From Meyerozyma guilliermondii (Eukaryota), in NCBI GenBank assembly GCA_051546255.1, contig CP128817.1, positions 372,001-436,000 on the forward strand: a stretch of 64,000 nucleotides of DNA, in the 5' to 3' direction. Below are positions 49,060 to 59,572 of the stretch, piece after piece. The position numbers and the translations under genes are program-made. Within the stretch, counting starts at the first letter, position 1. Every line of letters begins with the position of its first letter. The notes under the pieces are model-generated. The model had not been told where the DNA came from. It saw only the letters and a program-made list of their open reading frames with translations, and made no database searches.

Positions 49060-49863
49060 CTATTTCGATACACGACTGTCCATATGTATTCTGTCAGGGA
49101 TCTCCAATTTGACCAAATTCTTGAGAAAATCCTGCAATTTCAAGAGCTCTTTAGTTCCCTGATTAATAGCATCTACGTCGGTGGCCTTGGGGACGTTGAT
49201 GTAGGCTTTGAATTGGAAAGTGTTGGACTCATCCAAGAGCTTCAAGGCAATGGCATTGTCTGACGACTGGCGTTCATCGTCTCGTATAAATACCTTGAAT
49301 ATTTCAATGACTATATCGCCGTGGAAAAAACGGACTCCTTTTAGCCAAAACTGGTTAATAACATCGTAGCCCAAGTCGCTCAAGAATTGAAGAAACGAGT
49401 CGTTCCTGACAAACTCAAATTGATCCAGGTTTTCTTTTTCTACTTTGTCCACCACCTTGGTATGATGATGAACTAATGTTGAGTCATATATGGTTTGTGC
49501 TGAACATGTTTGGTTCTTGCCAGCAACAGGTATGTCTGATATTTGTAACGTCCATATACGTTTATTGTTGTCGCCCACAAATAACCGACTTGCTTCCACA
49601 GTATTGCTATCCTTGAGTATAGGCTTCTCTATATCGCCCGTATCCTCGTCCCAGGTAGTTATACACTTCATATAGTACTGTTCTATCTGGTTGACTTTAC
49701 CAGCTTCGACCTTTGGTTTGAACACATCATGAGGTTTTGTGACGAGGTTATAGGTTGCAATGTTTTGTGTAGACTGAAGACCTGTTAATGCTTTGAGGGT
49801 GGCCACAGTTTGGACGTAGTAGCCGTGTTCGACAGTGGAGACTAGCGAGAGTTGGTGAACCAT
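49060..49863 (-). CDS. SRB5: Mediator subunit Med18
   Basis: MVHQLSLVS, WTLQISDIPVAGK and LEIPDRIHMDSRV. Confidence 0.93.
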   Translation of the reverse strand: MVHQLSLVSTVEHGYYVQTVATLKALTGLQSTQNIATYNLVTKPHDVFKPKVEAGKVNQIEQYYMKCITTWDEDTGDIEKPILKDSNTVEASRLFVGDNNKRIWTLQISDIPVAGKNQTCSAQTIYDSTLVHHHTKVVDKVEKENLDQFEFVRNDSFLQFLSDLGYDVINQFWLKGVRFFHGDIVIEIFKVFIRDDERQSSDNAIALKLLDESNTFQFKAYINVPKATDVDAINQGTKELLKLQDFLKNLVKLEIPDRIHMDSRVSK

Positions 49864-50070
49864 AAAAGTGCGAAGAAGGAGATTGATGAATTTAGTGAGA
49901 GGGAATGTTAGTGTAAGAAACATAATTGAAAGCTTACAATAATGAATTAGTATTGAGTTCAGTTATACATGCTCGAAATACATGTAAGATCTTTGATCAA
50001 TTAGTATTACATCAATTTGTATTACTTTTTTCATTTTTCATTTTTAGCCATACATCTTTCTATTTCCGTA

Positions 50071-50340
50071 TCATTGCTCTTTCTTCTCCAATGCTGCGGT
50101 ATCCTCGGTAAACGCCGCAACCACATACCCTATCAACACCACATTGGCCGCCAATGCCGCAATACCGCCACTTACTAGCGCATTGTCGCTGAGATATTGT
50201 ACCACGAAAAAGGTGAACACCGGGAAGATTATCATGGCGGCGGTGAAAAACACCAATTTCCTAACCACAGATCTAATTAGTATGAGGCTCATTTAAAAGG
50301 TTTGTTGGTTGCCTACTTACTTGGGGATATCTGCTGGCAT
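50071..50340 (-). CDS. VMA21: V-ATPase assembly factor Vma21, two exons (50340-50321 and 50272-50071), 73 aa
   Basis: Splicing out GTAAGT(50320)...TACTAAT-TAG(50273) yields [20 protein letters not shown]..., two TM helices and a KKEQ ER-retrieval end. Confidence 0.92.
50273..50320 (-). other. 48-nt spliceosomal intron in VMA21
   Basis: GTAAGT donor; TACTAAT branch point directly abutting the TAG acceptor; removal restores the conserved N-terminus in frame. Confidence 0.9.
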
Positions 50341-50450
50341 TCTGGTAGCTAATGGTGCCGCTAATCGTCGCTCTATATGTCGCCGTGCGCCTACCAGGTT
50401 TTGATAAAGCGAGTGCGAATTGTTCCTTGCGAGTTGTGGTCCTCCTTAAC

Positions 50451-51332
50451 ATGAAGCTCGCCGGATTCGTTACATTAGCACTCTTTGAGGCATCGGCGCT
50501 TGCATTTTCAGATACAGCACCATTCTTCTCGTCGAGAAATTTGGGAAAGTTGTCCTACTATGAAGAGTCGACAAACTTGGGTCCAGCGTGGACTTCTTTC
50601 ACCAACGATATTTGCAGTTCCAACAAAAAAACGGTGGTTTTCAGAGTAAACAATTTACAGCACCACGGCGACATCCAAGACGGCTCCTATGTTGAACATG
50701 TCCACTATAAATCGGCTGCTGACTTGGATTTGCTATTGGGTGACAGTTGTCGATCTGACCAGGTTTCGTACCAACAAACCATATCGACCCTTGACAAGCC
50801 GTTGACGATCATTGACGTCGAAGACAACAAAGTCCACACGGTCAGAGAGTTTACAGACGCCATAAAGGACCCTCTGGTAATGGTGGTTGTCCAGGGCAAA
50901 CCATCGTTCCACAAGACCAGCTCGCATTTGGAAGATATTAAAAGCTACGTAGAGGACAAGGTTTACGATAACCTCAACATCGAATTCGGCGTGCACCATA
51001 AGAGGTCAGAAACTGAGGATTTCGACAAGATAGCAGCGGAAGTTGAGGCTGACTTTGCCAAGGCCGAGTCACTTGTATCAAAGTACCCCCATGGCCAAGT
51101 CACAGCTTTGTCTGAGGCTAGTGCCGAGACTTCGACACCTTCTCATCACAAGCGGAATAACCTGAGTCTTTTCACTGAGTATAGGTTTTTCACGCCTGGT
51201 ATTTGGCTGGGACTCATTGTGTCAGCAATGTTAATTGCGGTATTGGTTACCGCATTACAGTGGATTGGATCATTGGACATTTCCTACAAATCTTTCGACA
51301 AACAGGTCGATTACGAGAAAAAAAATGAATAA
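50451..51332 (+). CDS. VOA1: V0 assembly protein Voa1 (Ac45/Big1-like)
   Basis: Signal peptide from ATG 50451; LFTEYRFFTPGIW plus TM and ISYKSF; C-terminal KKNE; adjacent to VMA21. Confidence 0.8.
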   Translation: MKLAGFVTLALFEASALAFSDTAPFFSSRNLGKLSYYEESTNLGPAWTSFTNDICSSNKKTVVFRVNNLQHHGDIQDGSYVEHVHYKSAADLDLLLGDSCRSDQVSYQQTISTLDKPLTIIDVEDNKVHTVREFTDAIKDPLVMVVVQGKPSFHKTSSHLEDIKSYVEDKVYDNLNIEFGVHHKRSETEDFDKIAAEVEADFAKAESLVSKYPHGQVTALSEASAETSTPSHHKRNNLSLFTEYRFFTPGIWLGLIVSAMLIAVLVTALQWIGSLDISYKSFDKQVDYEKKNE

Positions 51333-51337
51333 GCTAC

Positions 51338-52669
51338 CTAATAGACATACGGTATTATCTTGTATGGCACTAGCCTTTTGTACTCCTCCCATTGCTCACC
51401 ATATTTGTCACTACATTTGGCATCGTCCCTCATTTGTCTATGAAGGAGTAAAGTACCAAAGTAGATAACGTAAAAATAAGTAATTGGAGTTTGGAATCCA
51501 GTAGTCAAGCACCAACTCCAAGCGATCATCCAATCACCAAGATAGTTTATATGTTGAGACATTGCCCACCAACCGTCGCAGAGCAATTTGGAGCCCGTTT
51601 TCGTCTTTATGCTTTTCATGTGGTCTAATTTTCCCTGCTTAAAAGCAGATTTTTGGTTGTTTGATGCACTGAAAATGTAGTATCCAACACCCATGAGTAG
51701 CACAATTGCGGCTATTCTGATGTAGCCCAAATGAACTGCGTTCTGAGGATTTGACAAGTACCTGGCTTGAAGTGAATAAGTCCAAGGAACCCACGCCAAG
51801 TCACCAAAACTAAGCATGAAACCAAAGCCATCTGTAGTGATATCTATCATGGAAAGACAACCCTCTTCATTCAACACCCCATCAAATACATAGAATGCTT
51901 GCAAAGCTGTGACAAGTACAATGGAATCGGAGACTGATCCATATTTGTGGTACTGATTATGGATACAAGCCAAGTCTATAGCCAACCAAAGAAGCATTCC
52001 TGGACGCAACTCGCAAAACAACTTGATATCCCAAGAGCCTATCCTGGGATTCAATTCTCTGCCGATGAAAAAGTCGTAGATAGGATTACCTGTGTTACCG
52101 TTCACCGACAAGATTCTCTCCTTAGTGCCCACTCCATTGGCAAATGTCAATGGGATGAAAGATGCAATATATACAAACACTGATAAAAGGAAGGAAAAAA
52201 TCACAGTTACGAGAATGAGCTGTAATTGGTGGTCATAAACGAACTGGAGTTCTGGTACAAAGTATGTTGGGGACAGAAAAAGACGAGCAATCAACACCGC
52301 CACGAAAGCAGAAGATACACTTTTGCCATTGATATTATATGCCAAGTGAGTACCGTCTCGCAATTGAACACCTTTCTTATGTTTTCCAGGCAAGATTAAA
52401 TCGAAGAAGGTGGTTGAAACGAACCAAATTAAGTAAACTTTCCAGCATTGAGCATCAAAACACAATGCCCACAATTGATCCTTTGAATTTGGGAGCTGTT
52501 TTTTCACAGCTTCCCAGTCAAGGTTAATTCCTTTGATGCTATAATTTTCGTTTGTGAGCAAATGAAGTAGAATCACCACCAATGGCAAACCAAAAATGAT
52601 GCCAAGGGCACCTGGAAGCCCTGAAAACTCACGATGGATTGTCTTTGGATTCAACAGTCGGGAACTCAT
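51338..52669 (-). CDS. ERG24: C-14 sterol reductase
   Basis: LNPKT..EFSG, FFIGRELNPRIG, DITTDGFGFMLSFGDL and LLCDGWWAMSQHINYLGD. Confidence 0.96.
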   Translation of the reverse strand: MSSRLLNPKTIHREFSGLPGALGIIFGLPLVVILLHLLTNENYSIKGINLDWEAVKKQLPNSKDQLWALCFDAQCWKVYLIWFVSTTFFDLILPGKHKKGVQLRDGTHLAYNINGKSVSSAFVAVLIARLFLSPTYFVPELQFVYDHQLQLILVTVIFSFLLSVFVYIASFIPLTFANGVGTKERILSVNGNTGNPIYDFFIGRELNPRIGSWDIKLFCELRPGMLLWLAIDLACIHNQYHKYGSVSDSIVLVTALQAFYVFDGVLNEEGCLSMIDITTDGFGFMLSFGDLAWVPWTYSLQARYLSNPQNAVHLGYIRIAAIVLLMGVGYYIFSASNNQKSAFKQGKLDHMKSIKTKTGSKLLCDGWWAMSQHINYLGDWMIAWSWCLTTGFQTPITYFYVIYFGTLLLHRQMRDDAKCSDKYGEQWEEYKRLVPYKIIPYVY

Positions 52670-54669
52670 GGAGTAGAATGCGCTGTTGTGACTCTTTATA
52701 TGGAACTTTATACGGTGGGAACGACGATACGATGCGAATGCGAATCGAATGCGAATCAACCTCAACGGTTGAGGGCCAGTATACAGGAGAAAAATTGATG
52801 TAATGAGTTCTTCGGTATTCCGAGGTGGAGCTACCGATGAGAAATACGGACCTGAGTGAAGTTAGCGAGGCGCAGAATATTAGCTAGGGGAATGTTTGAA
52901 CAATAGCACCGGATATAATGCAAGGGAACAATATGCAAATATTTTATATTGATTCCGTTGGGCTTATTGGATCACCACGAGGGTCAAAGCCTTCCATTGG
53001 GCCTAAGTGTGAATAGGACTGCCAAACCCGGAGTGGTGTGGTGTATTAAACCTATGCATTGGCGGAAGTAACCGGAAAAAAACCAACTTTGCCGCGTCGT
53101 GGGTTGACGGAAACTTTATACAGCGGAGATTAACGAACGAAGGTCAAGGCACGATAAGGGTTTACCATATATGTTCGCAAGCCTCATGAGGAGAAGCGGT
53201 GAAAGAGTTCGCGAAAATAATTTGCACCCATTTCCCCAAATGCGCAAAACCATGAAATATTATTAGATCGGATTCGCGGCTAAGCCGAACCACCTAATCC
53301 CCGTTATTGTCCATTTAGCACACTTCACATACATGTGAGACCACAAACGAAAAATGCAACAGAATGTATCACAATGGCAAGCAACTCTAGGCCATCAAAA
53401 AAATTTTCTCGAGCCGCAATTTGCCCATGGCGTTATCACCGGTAATCGCCCTACACCGGCATGCAACCTATCGTTTGCTACTCCCCTAAATGTTCGCAAC
53501 GTTTGACGCCCGGGCCGCGTCATCGAAGGTGCACCAATGCACGTCACAAATGGACCCACCAAGTGGTCCCACTCAAGGAAATCATGACAAGTCCGAAGTT
53601 GTGGAGACAACCTTCGGTTACAGTAGCAATGTTATATGACTTCATTCAAGTGTCCCCACTCGAACTTGTTATCGGACTGAAAATTACCGACGTCGTAATT
53701 GCGAACACGCAACTTCTCCAATTCGCTTGCCAAGGTACGTCATCGATTAGAGCCGCTATTAGCCCCGCCCCGGTGGAAAGGCTCCCCGGGACGCATCTAT
53801 GATGATTCATTTGCGCGAATCCGCCTTGTATTCGTCGCAATTAAGGCCACCACAGTTCGCGCGGCTGTCGCGAGGTTTCCCGAAAACAGCAACCTTGTAG
53901 CGCACAGGTGATCGCATCGGTTAATGCAACGACTATTGGTAGTGTATTCCCCTCAGCCAGAACCGTGCATTGTTGCATTGTTTCTATTGTAATTGACATC
54001 CGAATTGTGCGTTATCCGGCACAACCGCACCAAGCCATGGTAATTATGACACAGAATCGACCAACCAGTGGAAGGTATAACTATATACTATTTCGCAGCT
54101 AATGATTGATTTCATCGCGCCATAATTTTTTTGATACGGCTCCAAAAAAATCCTCAAAGGGGTGCAAAAGTGAAAAATACCGGCATATACGCACGAATTG
54201 GCTCATCGGCTATTACCGAATTTTGAACGTTGGCTTCTGTCAAGAAACTCTTGTTCAAGAGTAAACCCCTCTATCTACGGGAACATCAGCTAATTTTCCA
54301 TCGTCTGGATCGTCTAAGCACCGCGCAAAACCGTTGCTTTAATTCACCTCACCTCCTATCGTTCAGGTGAAATTTTGCAGCGCGGCTCACCTCACTAAGC
54401 AGGAGAGTTTAATCGAGCATTTGACACGCACATCGCCGACCAGCATTTCAATTTTTTTTACAAAACTTAATACTAGCTATCCTTGGCATTCCTGGTTTTT
54501 GGTTGACACTTGTTTCTTCAACCAATTCACCACTCTTCCAATCGTTTAATTGCGTTTAACAACCCCAGCTGGCTGTGGGTAGTAGCATTTTTTCGATACG
54601 GGTAGCACCACCAAATTTCCCCCCGTTGGCATTCGGCCCCACTCTCTTTGCATTCTCTAACCCTGCATT

Positions 54670-56103
54670 ATGGATAAAACCCCCAAAAGACGAGGACGGC
54701 CTCCAAAGCCGACATCTCTATGTCATAGAATATCCTCCACCATGAACATCAATGTTAACACACCTCCTCGGTACCGCAGCCCTACGGCCGAGTCTAACTC
54801 AAATATCATGATGAGAAGGGGAACACCGAACTGGTTTGATCCAATTATGAAAGTTTCACCGACCCTGTTGCCAGGTTCAACGACCCCAAGACGTCGGTCG
54901 AGAAAAAACTCGTCGGCTTCTTCCACCCCAGTTTATAAGAGACAGAGGGTCAATCTGGCTTCCCAGGTGCCCAATGTGGCCGTGGACGACTATTCGGCTT
55001 TCACCCCGCAATCGGGAATACCAGACAATTCACTTTTGTCGTTCCAAGTCAATTCCAAGGCAATTGATAATATCGCCATGATCACCCAGTCAGAGCTGTT
55101 GCAGACGTACCGCACTCCTCCAGCCTCCGTTGTTCGGCCCGGGTTTTCTTCCACTACTTCTGCTCCTTCCATCTCTCGAGGCTCCGGTTTGAACTCGGCG
55201 ATGGATTTGCAAATCGGCTTTGAAGGGTCTCCGCGTAGCCGGTCGGCCGAATTTTTGGGAGCTCCGGTACAACTAGGCAAGGAAACCGGGACCAGAACTT
55301 TCAGACCCGACAATGACGAGTCCAAAGAGTTCCTGCTCAAACTTGTGGTCGACCTGCTGGGCAGGGCAGTATTGTCGCTGGGTTCCGCAAATGTCACACA
55401 GCAACCACAGTCGCTCAATTCTGCTAGGACCAATGAGGCCTCCATGAAGGTTAAGGAGGAGCCAGTACGGAAGCCCCAGCTCCAATATTCCTATTCGGCA
55501 ATGGGAATCGAAAAGGCATCAGGGTCTCAAAGTTTCAATTTAGATGTACCATTTACTGAAGATTTGTCCAATGGTGTATTTTCCCAGAATGCACCGGAAC
55601 AAGAACAGCGGATTTCTTTGAGAAGGTTTAACTCTGATATTACTGGTCTCTCTTCTGGGTTGAACGGAAGCACCAGTAAATTATCGTCAATTGCTGAGCC
55701 ATTTGCCGACGTTTCTCCATTGGAAAAACTTCCCCAGACGCCCAGAAGAGAAAATTATTTCTTAGCGCCTACCATGGGACAAACTCCCAACAACACTGGG
55801 TTCAACTTGACACCTCAATTCAGCTCAATGATGAACTCAATGATGTTCTCTCCACAACAGCTGCGTAAGCCTGTGCAGGGCGACTTTTTTGGAGGCTCCG
55901 AGCTCTTTCAACTAGGCAATATGCCCGCTCAGCAGTATCCTACAGTGAATATGATTGATCTTATGAATTTGCAAAGCAATGAGATGGGAAAGAACAATGG
56001 AGAACGTGAGGACGAGGTATCGCCGTCATCTTCTCCAAGTGTGGATTCTGGAGATGCTAGGTTGGCGTTAAAGAAGATTATACAAGTTAAGCGTGAAAGT
56101 TAA
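54670..56103 (+). CDS. MSA1: Msa1/Msa2-like G1 transcriptional co-activator with an N-terminal AT-hook
   Basis: KRRGRPPK AT-hook, many S/T-P sites and C-terminal DSGDARLALKKII resembling the Msa1/2 end; close to RPL3 as in S. cerevisiae. Confidence 0.6.
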   Translation: MDKTPKRRGRPPKPTSLCHRISSTMNINVNTPPRYRSPTAESNSNIMMRRGTPNWFDPIMKVSPTLLPGSTTPRRRSRKNSSASSTPVYKRQRVNLASQVPNVAVDDYSAFTPQSGIPDNSLLSFQVNSKAIDNIAMITQSELLQTYRTPPASVVRPGFSSTTSAPSISRGSGLNSAMDLQIGFEGSPRSRSAEFLGAPVQLGKETGTRTFRPDNDESKEFLLKLVVDLLGRAVLSLGSANVTQQPQSLNSARTNEASMKVKEEPVRKPQLQYSYSAMGIEKASGSQSFNLDVPFTEDLSNGVFSQNAPEQEQRISLRRFNSDITGLSSGLNGSTSKLSSIAEPFADVSPLEKLPQTPRRENYFLAPTMGQTPNNTGFNLTPQFSSMMNSMMFSPQQLRKPVQGDFFGGSELFQLGNMPAQQYPTVNMIDLMNLQSNEMGKNNGEREDEVSPSSSPSVDSGDARLALKKIIQVKRES

Positions 56104-56257
56104 TATATGGACATTTGAGAGTAGAGGCAGAACAACGGAATGGGGGAAGGTCCCGTAACTTCCAGTGCTGTGCGCCTCGGTAAGTGAGGGAACGCCGCGC
56201 ACATTACAGCACAGATCATCTTGAATTTGTCGGTGCGCGCACACCAAACCTTTTCTC

Positions 56258-56280
56258 AAAAAATTTTCAAATTTTTCACT
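56258..56280 (-). promoter_or_regulatory. Tandem RRPE elements upstream of RPL3
   Basis: AAAAAATTTTCA followed by AATTTTTCACT, 20-40 bp before ATG 56300. Confidence 0.6.
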
Positions 56281-56299
56281 AGCTGTTAATAACTTCACC

Positions 56300-57469
56300 A
56301 TGTCTCACAGAAAGTTCGAAGCACCACGTCACGGATCCTTGGGTTTCCTCCCAAGAAAGAGAGCCGCCAAGCAAAGAGGAAGAGTTAAGTCTTTCCCAAA
56401 GGATGTCAAGTCTAAGCCTGTTGCTTTGACTGCTTTCTTGGGTTACAAGGCCGGTATGACCACCATCGTCAGAGACTTGGACCGTCCAGGTTCGAAGATG
56501 CACAAGCGTGAGATCGTCGAGGCCGCCACCGTTGTTGACACTCCACCATTGGTTATCGTTGGTGTTGTTGGTTACGTCGAGACCCCAAGAGGTTTGAGAT
56601 CTTTGACCACTGTGTGGGCCGAGCACTTGTCTGAGGAAATCAAGAGAAGATTCTACAAGAACTGGTTCAAGTCCAAGAAGAAGGCTTTCACCAAGTACTC
56701 CGCCAAGTACGCTCAAGATGGTGCTCAAATTGAAAAGGAGTTGGCCAGAATCACCAAGTACGCTTCTGTCGTTAGAGTGTTGGCTCACACCCAAGTCAAG
56801 AAGACTCCATTGTCGCAGAAGAAGGCTCACTTGGCTGAAATTCAAGTCAACGGTGGTTCTATTGCCGACAAGGTCCAATGGGCTAAGGAGCACTTTGAGA
56901 AGACCGTCACTGTTGACTCTGTTTTCGAGCAAAACGAAATGATTGACGTTATTGCTGTTACCAGAGGTCACGGTTTCGAGGGTGTTACTCACAGATGGGG
57001 TACCAAGAAATTGCCAAGAAAGACTCACAGAGGTTTGAGAAAGGTTGCTTGTATTGGTGCTTGGCATCCAGCTAATGTTAACTGGACTGTTGCTAGAGCT
57101 GGTCAAAACGGTTACCACCACAGAACCTCTATTAACCACAAGGTTTACAGAGTTGGTTCCGGTGCTGACGAGTCCAACGGTGCTACCGAATTCGACAGAA
57201 CCAAGAAATCCATTAACCCAATGGGTGGTTTCGTTAGATACGGTAACGTTAACAACGATTTCGTTATGGTTAAGGGTTCTATTCCAGGTACCAAGAAGAG
57301 AGTTGTTACTTTGAGAAAGTCCTTGTACGTTGACACCTCCAGAAAGGCTTTGGAACAAGTCAACTTGAAATGGATTGACACTGCCTCAAAGTTCGGTAAG
57401 GGTAGATTCCAAACCCCAGCTGAGAAGCACGCTTTCATGGGTACTTTGAAGAAGGACTTGGAAAACTAA
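56300..57469 (+). CDS. RPL3: 60S ribosomal protein L3 (uL3)
   Basis: [21 protein letters not shown]; strong codon bias; no intron. Confidence 0.99.
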   Translation: MSHRKFEAPRHGSLGFLPRKRAAKQRGRVKSFPKDVKSKPVALTAFLGYKAGMTTIVRDLDRPGSKMHKREIVEAATVVDTPPLVIVGVVGYVETPRGLRSLTTVWAEHLSEEIKRRFYKNWFKSKKKAFTKYSAKYAQDGAQIEKELARITKYASVVRVLAHTQVKKTPLSQKKAHLAEIQVNGGSIADKVQWAKEHFEKTVTVDSVFEQNEMIDVIAVTRGHGFEGVTHRWGTKKLPRKTHRGLRKVACIGAWHPANVNWTVARAGQNGYHHRTSINHKVYRVGSGADESNGATEFDRTKKSINPMGGFVRYGNVNNDFVMVKGSIPGTKKRVVTLRKSLYVDTSRKALEQVNLKWIDTASKFGKGRFQTPAEKHAFMGTLKKDLEN

Positions 57470-57605
57470 GATGACTGGTAACTTTCCATCACAGTTTCAA
57501 AGCTAAGAACTTGAAACTATGAGTAGCTAATAATACTTTTTCATCTAAACAATGTAGACTGAAATCACCAATCACCAAGAAATGATTTACCAATTTTTCA
57601 ACGTA

Positions 57606-57770
57606 TCACGTGACATCATTTTTCAATTTCATCAAGTACCACTCAATGCATTTCGGGCCGTGCATCTGTACGATCTGGACCCGGAACTACCACCAATGGC
57701 TTGCTCCTCCATTTCACCCCATCCGATATTCGCCGGACAACTTCCGGGCTCGCACCGCAATGTCACGTGC
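57606..57770. promoter_or_regulatory. Two E-boxes (TCACGTG, Cbf1/Tye7-type) in the MDH promoter
   Basis: TCACGTGAC at about 57606 and GTCACGTGC at about 57762, in a CGG/CCG-rich promoter with TTTATAAA near 57886. Confidence 0.55.
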
Positions 57771-57940
57771 CACAGTCGTAGAATACTCAACCGGGGACTG
57801 CCATTTCCGGCTGCCCGGGTCCCCGCGCCCCTTACCCCATAAAAAACTCCTCCGCGGTCTGTCTTAGTTCCGGGAGCACGTTAATTTATAAACGCCATCA
57901 ATTCACCGTTGGATTTTTTTTCAAGTAAAATTATATTAAA

Positions 57941-58951
57941 ATGGTTAAAGTTACAGTTTGTGGAGCTGCTGGTGGCATTGGTCAACCATTGTCGTTACTT
58001 TTGAAATTGAACCCAAAGATTGATGAATTGGCATTGTTCGACGTGGTCAACGTTCCAGGTGTCGGAGCTGATTTATCCCATATCTGCTCCAATTCCACCA
58101 CTTCTTCGCACTTGCCCTCGGCTAAGGAGGACAAGACCGCTCTTGCAGACTCATTGAAGAACTCAGACTTGGTGATCATCCCTGCTGGTGTGCCAAGAAA
58201 GCCTGGTATGACCAGAGACGATTTGTTCAACATCAATGCTTCTATCGTTCAAGGATTGGCCCAAGGAATTGCTGAGACTTGTCCTGATGCGTTTGTGTTG
58301 ATCATTTCCAACCCTGTTAACTCAACAGTGCCAATTGTCGCCGAGACCTTAAAGAAGAACAATGTGTTCAACCCAAAGAAATTGTTCGGTGTTACCACGT
58401 TGGACATTGTCAGAGCCAACACATTTATTTCCCAGCTCTTCCCCAAGGAGTCTAAGCCTACCGATTTCAACATCAATGTGATTGGTGGTCACTCTGGAGA
58501 GACAATTGTGCCATTGTACTCGCTTGGTAACTCAAAGAAATACTTGGACAAGTTGTCTGAGGAACAACAAAAGGAATTGATCCACAGAGTTCAATTCGGT
58601 GGTGATGAGGTCGTCCAAGCCAAGAATGGTGCTGGTTCCGCCACTTTGTCGATGGCTTATGCCGGTTACAAGTTGGCCGAGTCTATCTTGAAGGCCCTTG
58701 ACACCCCAAATGTCGTCGAGTGCACTTTTTTGAACTTGGACTCGTCCATCAAAGGTGCTAGTGAGGCCAAGAAATTGGTCGGTAACTTGGACTTCTTCTC
58801 CTTGCCAGTCAAGTTGGGTAAGTCCGGTATTGAAGAAGTGCAATACGAAATCTTGGACAAGATCAGCGACAACGAAAAGAAGTTGTTGGAGGTTGCCGTT
58901 GATCAATTGTCTAAGAACATCGAAAAGGGTGTGTCGTTTGTCAAGAAGTAG
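57941..58951 (+). CDS. MDH2: NAD-dependent malate dehydrogenase, probably cytosolic
   Basis: [36 protein letters not shown] and IGGHSG; no presequence and no PTS1. Confidence 0.9.
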   Translation: MVKVTVCGAAGGIGQPLSLLLKLNPKIDELALFDVVNVPGVGADLSHICSNSTTSSHLPSAKEDKTALADSLKNSDLVIIPAGVPRKPGMTRDDLFNINASIVQGLAQGIAETCPDAFVLIISNPVNSTVPIVAETLKKNNVFNPKKLFGVTTLDIVRANTFISQLFPKESKPTDFNINVIGGHSGETIVPLYSLGNSKKYLDKLSEEQQKELIHRVQFGGDEVVQAKNGAGSATLSMAYAGYKLAESILKALDTPNVVECTFLNLDSSIKGASEAKKLVGNLDFFSLPVKLGKSGIEEVQYEILDKISDNEKKLLEVAVDQLSKNIEKGVSFVKK

Positions 58952-59176
58952 GAATAAAGTTTAAGATCTTGAAAGAAAAACATACTGTAGAAAATCACTA
59001 AATATTAAATTCACTAAACAATTGAGTAGATCCAGAAAATACTATCATATTCACAATGGAAATCCGTGGCCTTCGATTCCACTAGCCTCCTCCCCCCCCT
59101 TGTACTGCATACAACCCGCGCAAAGATTCTTTCTGGCAAAAACAACTTATTAAACTCTTTAGGTACCAAGCATTGA

Positions 59177-59445
59177 GTAAGTATTACCCGGGAGAACAAC
59201 ACGGGTTCGTATGATGCACACTGCTGTAGCAGTGATTGAACTTTAAAAGTCGCCAATACCGTCCAAATAGACTTTTTGTGCTGCTTTATTACTGATGGCT
59301 TTTTTCGCCATTTGAAGATGATCACGTAAAACAAAAGCACGGTATAAATTCGAACAAAAATTTGAACAAAGTTCAAGTCCGGGCCAGTGTTGATTTCTTT
59401 GACCACGAGACAACCTATTTACTTCGGAAGATATACTAACTATAG
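59177..59445 (+). other. Putative 269-nt 5'-UTR intron of CRM1
   Basis: GTAAGT at 59177; perfect TACTAAC at 59434-59440; TAG at 59443-59445; no ATG between the acceptor and ATG 59573. Confidence 0.7.
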
Positions 59446-59572
59446 CTTTCTTCTAGGTTGACCTGACAACGGAACCACTACTTACTGACGACTGATAGTT
59501 AGTACTCTTAATTGCGTCACTCGTCCTCGCGATCTTATTGTCTTTCTACATCTAGATTGATATTTAAAATAG

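Noticed and set aside
52795..52856. Possible C/D snoRNA (TGATGT...CTGA)
   Set aside because: Imperfect C box, no terminal stem and no recognisable rRNA guide.
56279..57358. 359-aa antisense ORF over RPL3
   Set aside because: Expected by-product of strong codon bias on the sense strand; no recognisable domain.
58940..59040. Cryptic peroxisomal signal for MDH by read-through or splicing
   Set aside because: TAG is followed by GAA TAA; no PTS1-like tripeptide and no canonical splice signals found.
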